In this document: in pieces, positions 1 to 8,874 of the stretch
Numbering within the stretch: position 1 is the first letter of the stretch
How the letters are laid out: each line of letters starts with the position of its first letter
IMG/VR virus record: IMGVR_UViG_3300014050_000113
Coordinates: 1 to 27,170 of that record
Reading direction: 5' to 3' (one strand)
From: a virus
Lineage: Duplodnaviria > Caudoviricetes
DNA length: 27,170 nt
The notes under the pieces: model-generated
What the model was told of the DNA's origin: nothing
Seen by the model: only the letters and a program-made list of their open reading frames with translations
The model's database searches: none
Position numbers and translations under genes: made by a program

Positions 1-3000
1 GTTCTAGCCCGCTCTGCGTAGCCTAGTCGGGTGATGGCATCGTTGATTTCTTTTCTTTCTTTCGGGGTCAACCCCGCAACCAAATTATTCAATGCTCCAT
101 CGGCATTGGCGGATTCGGCAATCTCATGGTTGAGGACTCGTTCTACAGCAGCATCGTCTTTCAGGGCTGCGGCGTTTAGCTCTATACCTACCACCTTACC
201 ATCTCGGATGATGGTGCGGCCTTCAAACGAAGCATCGGGTTGATTAACCACCGATACGATCCCACCCCGCCCGAATCCCAAAGACTCCAGCTTGGTTGTC
301 ACTGCTTCGGGAGCCATACCAGCAGGGCGCGGCATCTGGATCTTGGCATACCTTATATCTTCTTCTGTGGGCTGGAAGCGTTGGCTGGGAGGGATGATGT
401 TGCCTTGGTCATCGCGTGTTATGGGATCGGCGGATTTAATTTGTTCTGGACGAAATGCAACAACCTCATCCATAGAATCATCAATAACTCCGTCATATCC
501 TCTTGACTCAAGCCATTGCCTTGCATCTTCTCCAATAATCCGATATCCCATTTTGTTTAATACATCTGTAGTAGCGGGATTATTAAACTTGAGATACACA
601 CGCATTAGCCGTCTATTCTTTAGCCATCCCTTCCATGTTCCTGTAATATTTTTCGTAAAATAACTACCCTGAACCCTTCCATATGGGCTTGTGCTTGTAT
701 CAAATACTGTAAATTCTTTATCGGCTGCGCTTCCATGAGATGCTGGAGTGGTATACCCAGCCCTCTTCGCCGCCTCATCCACTAGACGTTGCGCCGTCTC
801 CATATCGCCGCGATCCACCGCATCCAGATACTCTCTGTCTTGTTGGGTAAGTGGAGCGGGTTCCCTGCGGGATTCTCTTACTTCTCCAATGATGGCGCGG
901 AATCCTCTGCTGACCGCCTCCACATCTTTGCTCAGTTCCGATCCGCGATAGCCCTGCAAGCCGACAAAATTGGTGATGGCATCAACCACACTCTGCAAAA
1001 ATTCCGAAACAGAATTAATAAACTTGGCTACTGCTGTCTCTCCAATCCTTCCGCGATTTTGCAACTCGACAAGTTGGCGGACAATCTCGGTGTATCCCTC
1101 GTATGTGGATGCCGGATTTTGGAGAAGGAAGGTAATGATCTGCTCGTTAGAAAATGATTCTTTATTGTAGTAAGCCCGAAGCATGGGACCGAAAGTGTTG
1201 AGGAATGGTTCCTGCCCGATCCGTCCCATGATATCGGCAAACGACTCTCTTGCACTCCCGTAGAGATGCTCATTAATATCCGTTTTCCCGTCCCACGTTT
1301 TTAGCATGCGGCTAACGTGGAGAGCGTGGATAATTTCCTCTTCTACGGTTTGGGCTACGCCAATTTTGGCGGCTTCTCCGTTGCTCTGAGTTTGAGCAAG
1401 GCTTCGCATTTCGAGATTTCCGAACGTAAGAACGACTCGTCCATCTCTAGTGTTGCCGACACTTGATGCAACAAATCCCGCGTCATTACCCGCTTGATCT
1501 TGGCCAACGTATTGGACAGTGATACCAGCGTCTGAAAGTTGCTTGGAATAGCGGTTGTAAAGTTCATTCCTAACTGCTTCAAGAGCAGCAATCCTTTGTG
1601 TCGGTGTGGTTCCATAGTCTGGTGTTGGAATGTTTGAGACATGTGATTTTAGTCGGTTGTATTGTTGTTGATATTTTGCTTCTGGTGCGGGAGTTGGGGT
1701 TACTTCAGTAGTGGGGCCACCAGCTTTTTTCGGTTGATTATTTGTAATGACATCTGCTATGGACAGTCTTATTGCATCTTCGGCTTCTTTGAAATTTTTG
1801 AATTGGCGACTAAGAGTATTCAGCGCAACATTGACATATTTCCCGCCTTTAGAAGCCACATAATCAATGGCCGCACCACCATCGTCAAATTTCTCCACAT
1901 CAAATGAAATTGAATCCAAGACATTGGTTTCCGCCAATGTGAAATCGTATTTTCCTTTATATTCAGTGTTTCCGTATTCATTCTTTGATCTCGACCACTT
2001 GACGCTCACCTTTGAAGCAACAGAAGCCTGTTCAATCGCCGCACCAAATCTTTCCATCAAGCGTTGGGTTTCTGGGTCAGCCGAAATTCTAGTCTGTTGT
2101 TGTCCCTCTCTGGCAAGTAATCTTTTTGTGAATTCTGAAGATATAGCTTGTCCTCTTGGCGTTCCATATACCGCTGGCTTTGTAGACATCGTGTATCCCT
2201 GCCAAGTTGGCTTTTGCCCATAGGCTTCGCCACGAAGAATGAAATCAAAAACATCGTTGAGATTTACCTGTTCTTTTCTGTTAAAAAGCTTGGTGAAAAC
2301 GGCTTTTATTTTGTCCAAAAGCTGCTCAAAGATTGGAACCAGTTTTTTCTGGTCGGATTTTTGAGTTATTACATACTCTGCAAAAGATTGAGCAAACCAT
2401 TCAGATTGGTTCTTGGCGTAATATTTTGAAAACCATGGAGTGTTTTCTGCATCTGATTTTCCTTCGGCAAAGAACGCCCTGCGGCCAGCCCTCGTTGTCT
2501 TATTGTATGCATCATCTACCGTCTTCTTTTGTTTTGCGTCCAAAAGAGAATAATAGCCAGCGTGACCATATTCATGCCAAAATGTATTTAAGGTAAGTGC
2601 AGTTCTTTTGTCGGCTTCTGTCCCGCCGCGACGAGTTTGACGAATTAATTCAAGAAGTGGCTTTTGCTTAACTATTCCGCCTTCGACTGTCTGCCTTGTT
2701 CTCCCGCCATAACCATAGCTTTTGACGTTCTTTCGGGCGCTGCCCATCTCCATGTTGGCGAGGAATTCGTCATTGGTATTGTTATCCCAAATTGTGGCAA
2801 GGATAAGATTCTTTCCATCTTCTGTGATTGCGCCGTCCTCCTGCATCAAATCCAACCTAATGGCAAAACGAGTGTGCCCTTGGCCGCGAAGGTCAAACGC
2901 CGCACGAAACTCTTCTGGATTTTGGAACTGAGATCCTACTGGTTTCTGCAAGACTACAGGCTGAACTTCTTGTTTCCTTCTAACTAAATTGGCAAACACA

Positions 3001-6000
3001 TCTCCAGCTTCTTCAGGTATTACAGCGGTCTCAATGTCGGATGGCGCAATTTTTTCGATGGGCTTGGGCGGCACATAGATATCCTCTACCAGTGTCCATC
3101 CTGCGGGCATACGCACATCTGTTCCCACCTGATCGACCCCGATACGAAGACCCTTCGCGATGGCTTCGGCTACCACTTCGTTTGATCCTGTGTCTATTTG
3201 GATCTTTCGGGCTTTGGGCGTCAGCCTTGGGCGTTCTGCTTCGGGCAACTGGGCAATTCCCGCTTCCGTAAGCACAGGTTGATCTTTATACATCTCGACC
3301 AACCCCGCATCCACCAAAGAAGGAATATCTTCTGGGGCTTGTTCTGCTCTTGCTACTCGGCGTAGAGGTTCAAGATTCGGGGTTTCGGGGGGCACTTGCA
3401 TGTTTACTGACGAATATTCATCAATTAGAGCAAGAGTCTCATCTAGTGTGGCATTTGGTTGATTTACGGGCCTCCTTCCTAAAGCATAGGCAGATCTTGC
3501 TGCCGACTTTGAGGAAACTTGCCCCTGCATGTTGGGAAACTCTTTTAATGCGCGGGCCTGTAGAGCCATCCCGACTCCCTTTCGTCTTTGTTCTTTCGGG
3601 ACTGAAAAATAAATAACAGAAGCAGGAGTTCCGTCTTGACGATCAACAACCGTTAAATATCCCCCTGTTTCGGGATCGGTCAGTTTAATTGTTACGGCGT
3701 TTCCGCCAAAAGTTTCAGACTCATTTACGGGAGCCTCTTTAACAATCCTATCAACTATACCTTGGTCAGCTTTTCGGACAGCTTCTGGAACCAAGCCCGC
3801 CACCAAACCAGCTTCTTCTTGGGCTGCTTGTTGCTCAATACCCATTCCTCCAACGCCTTCACCATCTGGCGGTCTTCCTCTATCTCTTGCGGTGATGTCA
3901 GTAGGTATGGGTTCTTCATAAATGGAAGTTACTTCGGGCCTTGGCTCTGTCAAGGGTTTTGTGGCAGGCTGCGGCTCTGCTGCTTCTGTAGTAACAACTG
4001 GCTCTACAGGTGATACTGCGCCTTCGGGAGTGGGTGTTACGGGCTTGGTAGGCTCGGCCTTCGGCGCGGTAAAAGCATCCAACTCAACTTCATTGCTATG
4101 GAGAAGTCCAGTGGCTGGCTTGTCCACAAGCATCTGTCCAGATCCAGTGGCGACAACCTCCGCTTGGCTCCTGCCAATAAAGGGTTCGGCGTCAGTCGCA
4201 AATCCAAACTCAGGTGTTTCGCGGGAAGCAACGTCTTGTTTTGCGTCAATTGCAGCTTGGTCAATCTTGCCAGCATCCCTAGCTTTAGCCATGGCATCCA
4301 AATGGGAAGCACCGAAATACACCGTACCATCGGGAGCCTTGTATGCTGCTGCCTCAATGCGGGTTCCAGCAGGGGTTTCTACCACTTCTGCTGGCTTGCC
4401 TTCGCGTTCTGTAATACGGGCTTGCGCGGCTTCGGTAGAAGGAGGTTCTTCTAGTGGGATTACAGCGGCGGCTTCGGGAGTGGGGGCTACGGGCGGAGTG
4501 ACGGGAACTGTCGGAGGGGTAAAAGTTGGAGCAATGTCGGCAGGCGAGATTTCTTCTGGCGGGGTTTTCCTCCCAAGAATTTCAGCCATCGCATCCACAG
4601 AGTCATTCCACTCTTGGTTCTCTCTGTTTATGGTATCAATCTCTTCTTGGGTCAGCGTCTCGTCGGTAGACTTAAACCAGCCTTCAATGGTATTGTTTGT
4701 TTTGCGCTTGCTGGATTGTATCGATTTCAATACGGATTCGGCCTTTTGTGGTTCTCCGCGCTCATTAAATGCCAAATAAAGTTTTCCAAGATCGGTTAGT
4801 TCTTGATCGGAAACTGGCTTGGTTGTGAGCTTGATTTTTTCCCACCGACCAAAGTCCGCATCATCAAGTTTCGCCGCATCCCGCCACCCAAGTTCAACGA
4901 CTTGTCTATTATATTCTCCATATTGATTCAGCAGATTACGCTGCTCTTCTGTAAGGTTTTCCCTCGTTGCATACATTGAGTTGAACGAAGCGATATTGTC
5001 GGCTCCAAGCCTTTTTGCTTCGGCGTCCAATTCAGACTTTCTGGTCAAAAGAGATTCGGCTGGTGTCGGGGCGGCGGCTGGCTCCGTAGGAGTTACAACC
5101 GTGGGTTCTTCGGCTGGCTTGACTTGATAGCCGTAGCGTTCCGCGATTTGTTCGGGTGTCGGATTGCTTTGGAGGAATGCATACTCTTCGGTTTCTTGGG
5201 TGGTGAAGTCCTCTCGTCCTTCCTCATCTTTCTTGCGGAGTTCTTCTAGGCGATTGCGAGCGGCGGACTCAAACCATCTAGCAGACTTGATTCTTTCTGG
5301 AGGAACTGTTGGTTTTTTGGGTGTCGGCCCCGCACCCTCCTCCTCAAGTTCTATTCCTGCGGCTGCGGCAGCTTCTTGTTCAAGGCGGGCTACACGCTGC
5401 TCTGGGGTTTCTGCAATCCTCTGATCTGCCTCCGTCTGAAGATCTGTGGCAGCTTGTCTTCCAACGGCTTCAGCTTGATCCGTGACAACGGATGAAGTCA
5501 GTGGTGTAATTTCTGAAGTCTGTTGTGCTGCACTTTGCGTGTTAACTGCAAGTTTAACCTTCTGCGCATTCTCTGAAGATGCCACAACAGCATCGATTCC
5601 GCCTGCAACACCTCCCAATGCTGTCGCCACAATACCAGCGGTGGTGGCTTCTCCAATTGCCCCTTGGAATGTTGGAACATCAAATCCAGCTTTTTGAGAT
5701 GCAATATTCTGGGCGACTCTTTGTTGAAACTGTTGCGGGGCTTCAGTTATAACTTCTTCTGCAATATTCCTTCCAACAATCTGTGCTCCAGTAGCCAACT
5801 TTCTAGCTGCTCCAGATATGGCTCTTCCAGCCGTAGCCTCAATACCAGTCGCGGATGCGAGTGCTCCAATAGCTCCACCAGCTATAATCTGTTCTGGATT
5901 TTCACCGTATGACTGAGCTTCTGCTGCAATCTTTTCGGCCTCTTCCGGCGACTTTCCAGATTCCAATGCCTTTTGTTTTACCTGCTCGTAAATGCCGCCC

Positions 6001-6656
6001 TTAACAGAACCAGCACCCATTAACGCACCAAGGCCCACCTGTGCTCCAGTAACAGCAGCAGCACCACCACCGACAGCTTGCGCTGCTCCACCAGTAGCTA
6101 TCACTGGGGCCAGACTTCCAGCGCCAGTAGCCAGCATCAATGATGGAGCCTCAGTAAATGCCTGTGCAGCCGCCTTTGCCTGTTCCCAAACCCCCTTGTC
6201 CTGTGCTGCTTGTTGAATTTCAGCAGCACGCTTTTGTTTTTCTTTGCCGCTTTCCGATATTAGATTATTCCAAAATCTTTCCCGATCAGCAAACTGTTGT
6301 GAGGCTGGGCTATCAGCCCCGAATACGTCAGCAACAGACTTGAGCGTTCCTGCAGTTCCTGCCAATATTCCAATTGGAATATCTGCCGCCTTTCGCAGCA
6401 TTCCTTCTTCTAGCTTCGGGGACTCAACCTTTAGTGGTTCAGGCGCTGGAGGAATAGAAACACCACCAACTGATGGCTGTGTTATTGGCTGTTCTGTTGG
6501 TTGTTGGGAGAAAAATCCCGAAACCTCATCTAACGAATAACCAGCTTCCCTTGCCTGATTGAACCTGTTGTCCTGCTGAGAAACAAACCCCCAGATTTCA
6601 TCATCTGAGTATCCGGAATCACGCGCTTGTTTGAGTTTGTCAGAAGTAAAAGTCAT
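1..6656 (-). CDS. Giant polyvalent protein, probably virion-associated and ejected (3'-truncated, at least 2218 aa), with GNAT, zincin metallopeptidase and ADP-ribosyltransferase modules
   Basis: ATG at 6656 (MTFTSDKLKQARDSGYSDDEIW...) follows GAGGG. Manual translation stays in one frame to the window edge (...EINDAITRLGYAERAR). The track lists no closed ORF from this start, consistent with no stop. Motifs: VPKEQRRKGVG (3570-3602), HEYGH (2562-2576) with downstream EWFAQSF, EEIIH (1326-1340), HG..FTVFD..GSYFT..GYDGV..EVVAFRPEQIKSADP (348-830), HEIAE (114-128). Confidence 0.9.
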   Translation of the reverse strand, partial: MTFTSDKLKQARDSGYSDDEIWGFVSQQDNRFNQAREAGYSLDEVSGFFSQQPTEQPITQPSVGGVSIPPAPEPLKVESPKLEEGMLRKAADIPIGILAGTAGTLKSVADVFGADSPASQQFADRERFWNNLISESGKEKQKRAAEIQQAAQDKGVWEQAKAAAQAFTEAPSLMLATGAGSLAPVIATGGAAQAVGGGAAAVTGAQVGLGALMGAGSVKGGIYEQVKQKALESGKSPEEAEKIAAEAQSYGENPEQIIAGGAIGALASATGIEATAGRAISGAARKLATGAQIVGRNIAEEVITEAPQQFQQRVAQNIASQKAGFDVPTFQGAIGEATTAGIVATALGGVAGGIDAVVASSENAQKVKLAVNTQSAAQQTSEITPLTSSVVTDQAEAVGRQAATDLQTEADQRIAETPEQRVARLEQEAAAAAGIELEEEGAGPTPKKPTVPPERIKSARWFESAARNRLEELRKKDEEGREDFTTQETEEYAFLQSNPTPEQIAERYGYQVKPAEEPTVVTPTEPAAAPTPAESLLTRKSELDAEAKRLGADNIASFNSMYATRENLTEEQRNLLNQYGEYNRQVVELGWRDAAKLDDADFGRWEKIKLTTKPVSDQELTDLGKLYLAFNERGEPQKAESVLKSIQSSKRKTNNTIEGWFKSTDETLTQEEIDTINRENQEWNDSVDAMAEILGRKTPPEEISPADIAPTFTPPTVPVTPPVAPTPEAAAVIPLEEPPSTEAAQARITEREGKPAEVVETPAGTRIEAAAYKAPDGTVYFGASHLDAMAKARDAGKIDQAAIDAKQDVASRETPEFGFATDAEPFIGRSQAEVVATGSGQMLVDKPATGLLHSNEVELDAFTAPKAEPTKPVTPTPEGAVSPVEPVVTTEAAEPQPATKPLTEPRPEVTSIYEEPIPTDITARDRGRPPDGEGVGGMGIEQQAAQEEAGLVAGLVPEAVRKADQGIVDRIVKEAPVNESETFGGNAVTIKLTDPETGGYLTVVDRQDGTPASVIYFSVPKEQRRKGVGMALQARALKEFPNMQGQVSSKSAARSAYALGRRPVNQPNATLDETLALIDEYSSVNMQVPPETPNLEPLRRVARAEQAPEDIPSLVDAGLVEMYKDQPVLTEAGIAQLPEAERPRLTPKARKIQIDTGSNEVVAEAIAKGLRIGVDQVGTDVRMPAGWTLVEDIYVPPKPIEKIAPSDIETAVIPEEAGDVFANLVRRKQEVQPVVLQKPVGSQFQNPEEFRAAFDLRGQGHTRFAIRLDLMQEDGAITEDGKNLILATIWDNNTNDEFLANMEMGSARKNVKSYGYGGRTRQTVEGGIVKQKPLLELIRQTRRGGTEADKRTALTLNTFWHEYGHAGYYSLLDAKQKKTVDDAYNKTTRAGRRAFFAEGKSDAENTPWFSKYYAKNQSEWFAQSFAEYVITQKSDQKKLVPIFEQLLDKIKAVFTKLFNRKEQVNLNDVFDFILRGEAYGQKPTWQGYTMSTKPAVYGTPRGQAISSEFTKRLLAREGQQQTRISADPETQRLMERFGAAIEQASVASKVSVKWSRSKNEYGNTEYKGKYDFTLAETNVLDSISFDVEKFDDGGAAIDYVASKGGKYVNVALNTLSRQFKNFKEAEDAIRLSIADVITNNQPKKAGGPTTEVTPTPAPEAKYQQQYNRLKSHVSNIPTPDYGTTPTQRIAALEAVRNELYNRYSKQLSDAGITVQYVGQDQAGNDAGFVASSVGNTRDGRVVLTFGNLEMRSLAQTQSNGEAAKIGVAQTVEEEIIHALHVSRMLKTWDGKTDINEHLYGSARESFADIMGRIGQEPFLNTFGPMLRAYYNKESFSNEQIITFLLQNPASTYEGYTEIVRQLVELQNRGRIGETAVAKFINSVSEFLQSVVDAITNFVGLQGYRGSELSKDVEAVSRGFRAIIGEVRESRREPAPLTQQDREYLDAVDRGDMETAQRLVDEAAKRAGYTTPASHGSAADKEFTVFDTSTSPYGRVQGSYFTKNITGTWKGWLKNRRLMRVYLKFNNPATTDVLNKMGYRIIGEDARQWLESRGYDGVIDDSMDEVVAFRPEQIKSADPITRDDQGNIIPPSQRFQPTEEDIRYAKIQMPRPAGMAPEAVTTKLESLGFGRGGIVSVVNQPDASFEGRTIIRDGKVVGIELNAAALKDDAAVERVLNHEIAESANADGALNNLVAGLTPKERKEINDAITRLGYAERAR

Positions 6657-6671
6657 TGCACCCTCGGAGGA

Positions 6672-7739
6672 TTATTGGCCACCGAAGATAGCACCAAGGG
6701 ATGGCCTCTGTCCAGTCGTTTGAGTTGTGGGTTGGGTCTGCTTTTGTTCTGTGGACTTGGGAATAAGATCGTTCAGCCTTTGACGAAGAACGGCATCCTC
6801 GCCCCTCAAGTAGTTGGCCTTTCTGATGTACTCATTGCGCTCAATGGAACTTTTGGCTGTTTCAACAAGCGAGTCATTCTCTCTGATTTGAGAACCTATT
6901 TTATACAACTCATCAGAAATACCTTTGATTGCCGTTCTGTTTTCTTTTGCTAAATCGGATGATAGTGCAGCTTGAGTTTTTGCTTCCAAGTCTTTGCGCT
7001 TCGCTTCGCCTATTGCCTTGGAAAGCCCAGCACGATCAGCGCGGGTAATGTTGCCTTGTGGGTCTATATCGTAAAATTTTGAAGCATCAATTCCAAGTGA
7101 TGCAGCTTCTTCGTTTTGACCAATAGTCCAATCTTGAAGTTTTGCTGCGTCCTGCTGCTGATCTTGCGCGGATTGTTGAGCATAGGCTTCAGCCCTTGAG
7201 AGCGTGGATTCCCATATTTTTTTACCGAGATCATTCTCAATAAATTTTGGGTTCATCCTTGCAATATCGTTCAAGCGATCAATCGCATCAGGGTCTTCGG
7301 GTCGAATTGGGCGAAGCTGTTGTCCATTTGGAAGGGTGACTCCGCGAATCGCATTGGCCACCTCAAATGCATGTTTTGCTGCTTCTGCGGCATCTTCTTC
7401 TTCTTTGAGTTTGGCAATTTGAGACAGTCGATCATTGTCAATATTTCTATTGTATTGCAATTCATCCAATTGAAGACGCCTTTGTGAATCTTCCATTTGT
7501 TGCAACCTCTGCTGCTGCTCAAGCTGTTGCTGTTGGTACTTCTGAAATTCCTCCTGCATCCTTATTTTACGGCGACTCTTGGGATACGCCGTTCCAAAAT
7601 CTCCAGCAGGTTGATTGTAAAAATAAGATGCGTAATCTTGTGACCGCTTAAACTCTGGGCTAGGAGCACCAATGCTTCGCTCAACTTCTGATGCAATTTC
7701 AGCAGGTTGCATTGTGGGATATTGAAATTGATCGGCCAT
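6672..7739 (-). CDS. Putative internal virion/ejection protein (355 aa, Gln/Ala-rich, helical)
   Basis: Long ORF tightly packed between neighbours, with coiled-coil-like composition. Lies immediately upstream of the giant protein, as podovirus ejection genes do. Function is inferred from context. Confidence 0.55.
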   Translation of the reverse strand: MADQFQYPTMQPAEIASEVERSIGAPSPEFKRSQDYASYFYNQPAGDFGTAYPKSRRKIRMQEEFQKYQQQQLEQQQRLQQMEDSQRRLQLDELQYNRNIDNDRLSQIAKLKEEEDAAEAAKHAFEVANAIRGVTLPNGQQLRPIRPEDPDAIDRLNDIARMNPKFIENDLGKKIWESTLSRAEAYAQQSAQDQQQDAAKLQDWTIGQNEEAASLGIDASKFYDIDPQGNITRADRAGLSKAIGEAKRKDLEAKTQAALSSDLAKENRTAIKGISDELYKIGSQIRENDSLVETAKSSIERNEYIRKANYLRGEDAVLRQRLNDLIPKSTEQKQTQPTTQTTGQRPSLGAIFGGQ

Positions 7740-7742
7740 AAA

Positions 7743-8873
7743 TTACATCAAGCGCCTTGACTGTTGTTGCAATCTTTCAAGAGTGCTACCACTTGGTCCG
7801 AGTGCTCCGTATTTTATCGGTGAGATGCGCAGGTTTTTACCAAAATCCACAACACCTCTAGCGGCCAATCCCTCCATCGGAAGGCGTTGTTGAGAGGTTA
7901 CAAATTGTCTTTGAATGTCTGCAATGGTTGAAGGTTGGGTGTCCCTTGCCCTCATTATATCCATAGATGTTGCTCCTCCAGCACGCGCAAACGCTTCAGC
8001 TTGTGCCAACCCGCTGCGCTCGGCGCGTTTCTGTGCAAAGAATTGCTCCTGCGAGTTGATATTGTTACGCATGATATTTGCTCCCTGCGATCTCATCTTG
8101 GCCAACAATGCCCGCTGTTCTGCTGGGGTGCGCCCCTCGTATGCAGTGGGACGAGACGCCAGCAATTGAGCCTGAGATTGTTGGCCCTTCGGAGCTTCTG
8201 AGGTAGCAAATATTGTTCCGTAGGGAGTCTGTATCGGAGTTCTTTGTATCGGGATTTGTTGAGTAACGGCAGGAAGCTGTTGCGCTGACTGCGGTCCACC
8301 CGCAATATTATTAAATGACGGCCTGTTTATTTCGGCTATTTGACTCCCCATTCCAATGCCAAGCTGTGGCGCTGATATCGACGGAACAGAATATTGACTC
8401 AATGTTGTCTGTGGAAGTGTTGGTGAATACTGTGCATTCAATGGTCCAGAAAATCCAGCAGCAGAACTGACAACACTTCTAGCTTGAGGAGACATCTGTG
8501 AAAACCCATACATCCTTTCTGCGTCTGAAGGAGGTAACGCTGGGGATGCAAATCCTGTCGGTTTCGGAATAAATGCTGGACCTATGGATCTTGGAGCATC
8601 CCAAGGAATTCCGCGATCAGGAATAGTAACATTAGGCTCTTCCATGGCCGCTCTGCGCGATTTATCTGAACTGATAAGTGGTCCAGTAAAACGGAGTTGA
8701 GACAGTGATGCGCCTGTTGGTATTGGAGATACTCCAGCCATTGTTGCGGGAGGGGTTCCGGCGGATGGAGTAATTGCTCTTGTTATCGCCCCAATCGCCC
8801 TGCTTCCAAAATTAGAAGGAAAAAGCGGCTTGCCGTATATTGTTGGATTAAAGAATGATTGTTCTGGAGGCAT
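7743..8873 (-). CDS. Putative internal virion/ejection protein (376 aa, Pro/Ser/Gln/Ala-rich, low complexity)
   Basis: Long ORF with 1-nt and 3-nt gaps to its neighbours and disorder-like composition. Lies between the adaptor-like gene and the ejection-like genes. Confidence 0.5.
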   Translation of the reverse strand: MPPEQSFFNPTIYGKPLFPSNFGSRAIGAITRAITPSAGTPPATMAGVSPIPTGASLSQLRFTGPLISSDKSRRAAMEEPNVTIPDRGIPWDAPRSIGPAFIPKPTGFASPALPPSDAERMYGFSQMSPQARSVVSSAAGFSGPLNAQYSPTLPQTTLSQYSVPSISAPQLGIGMGSQIAEINRPSFNNIAGGPQSAQQLPAVTQQIPIQRTPIQTPYGTIFATSEAPKGQQSQAQLLASRPTAYEGRTPAEQRALLAKMRSQGANIMRNNINSQEQFFAQKRAERSGLAQAEAFARAGGATSMDIMRARDTQPSTIADIQRQFVTSQQRLPMEGLAARGVVDFGKNLRISPIKYGALGPSGSTLERLQQQSRRLM

Positions 8874-8874
8874 A

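Noticed and set aside
1028-5704. Short minus-strand ORFs in the track (1028, 1355, 2057, 4037, 5498)
   Set aside because: Alternate frames inside the giant ORF, whose frame carries the recognisable domains.
31-6540. Many plus-strand ORFs, including 3922..4779 (285 aa)
   Set aside because: Antisense shadows of the giant minus-strand ORF; Ser/Ala/Val-rich with no motifs.
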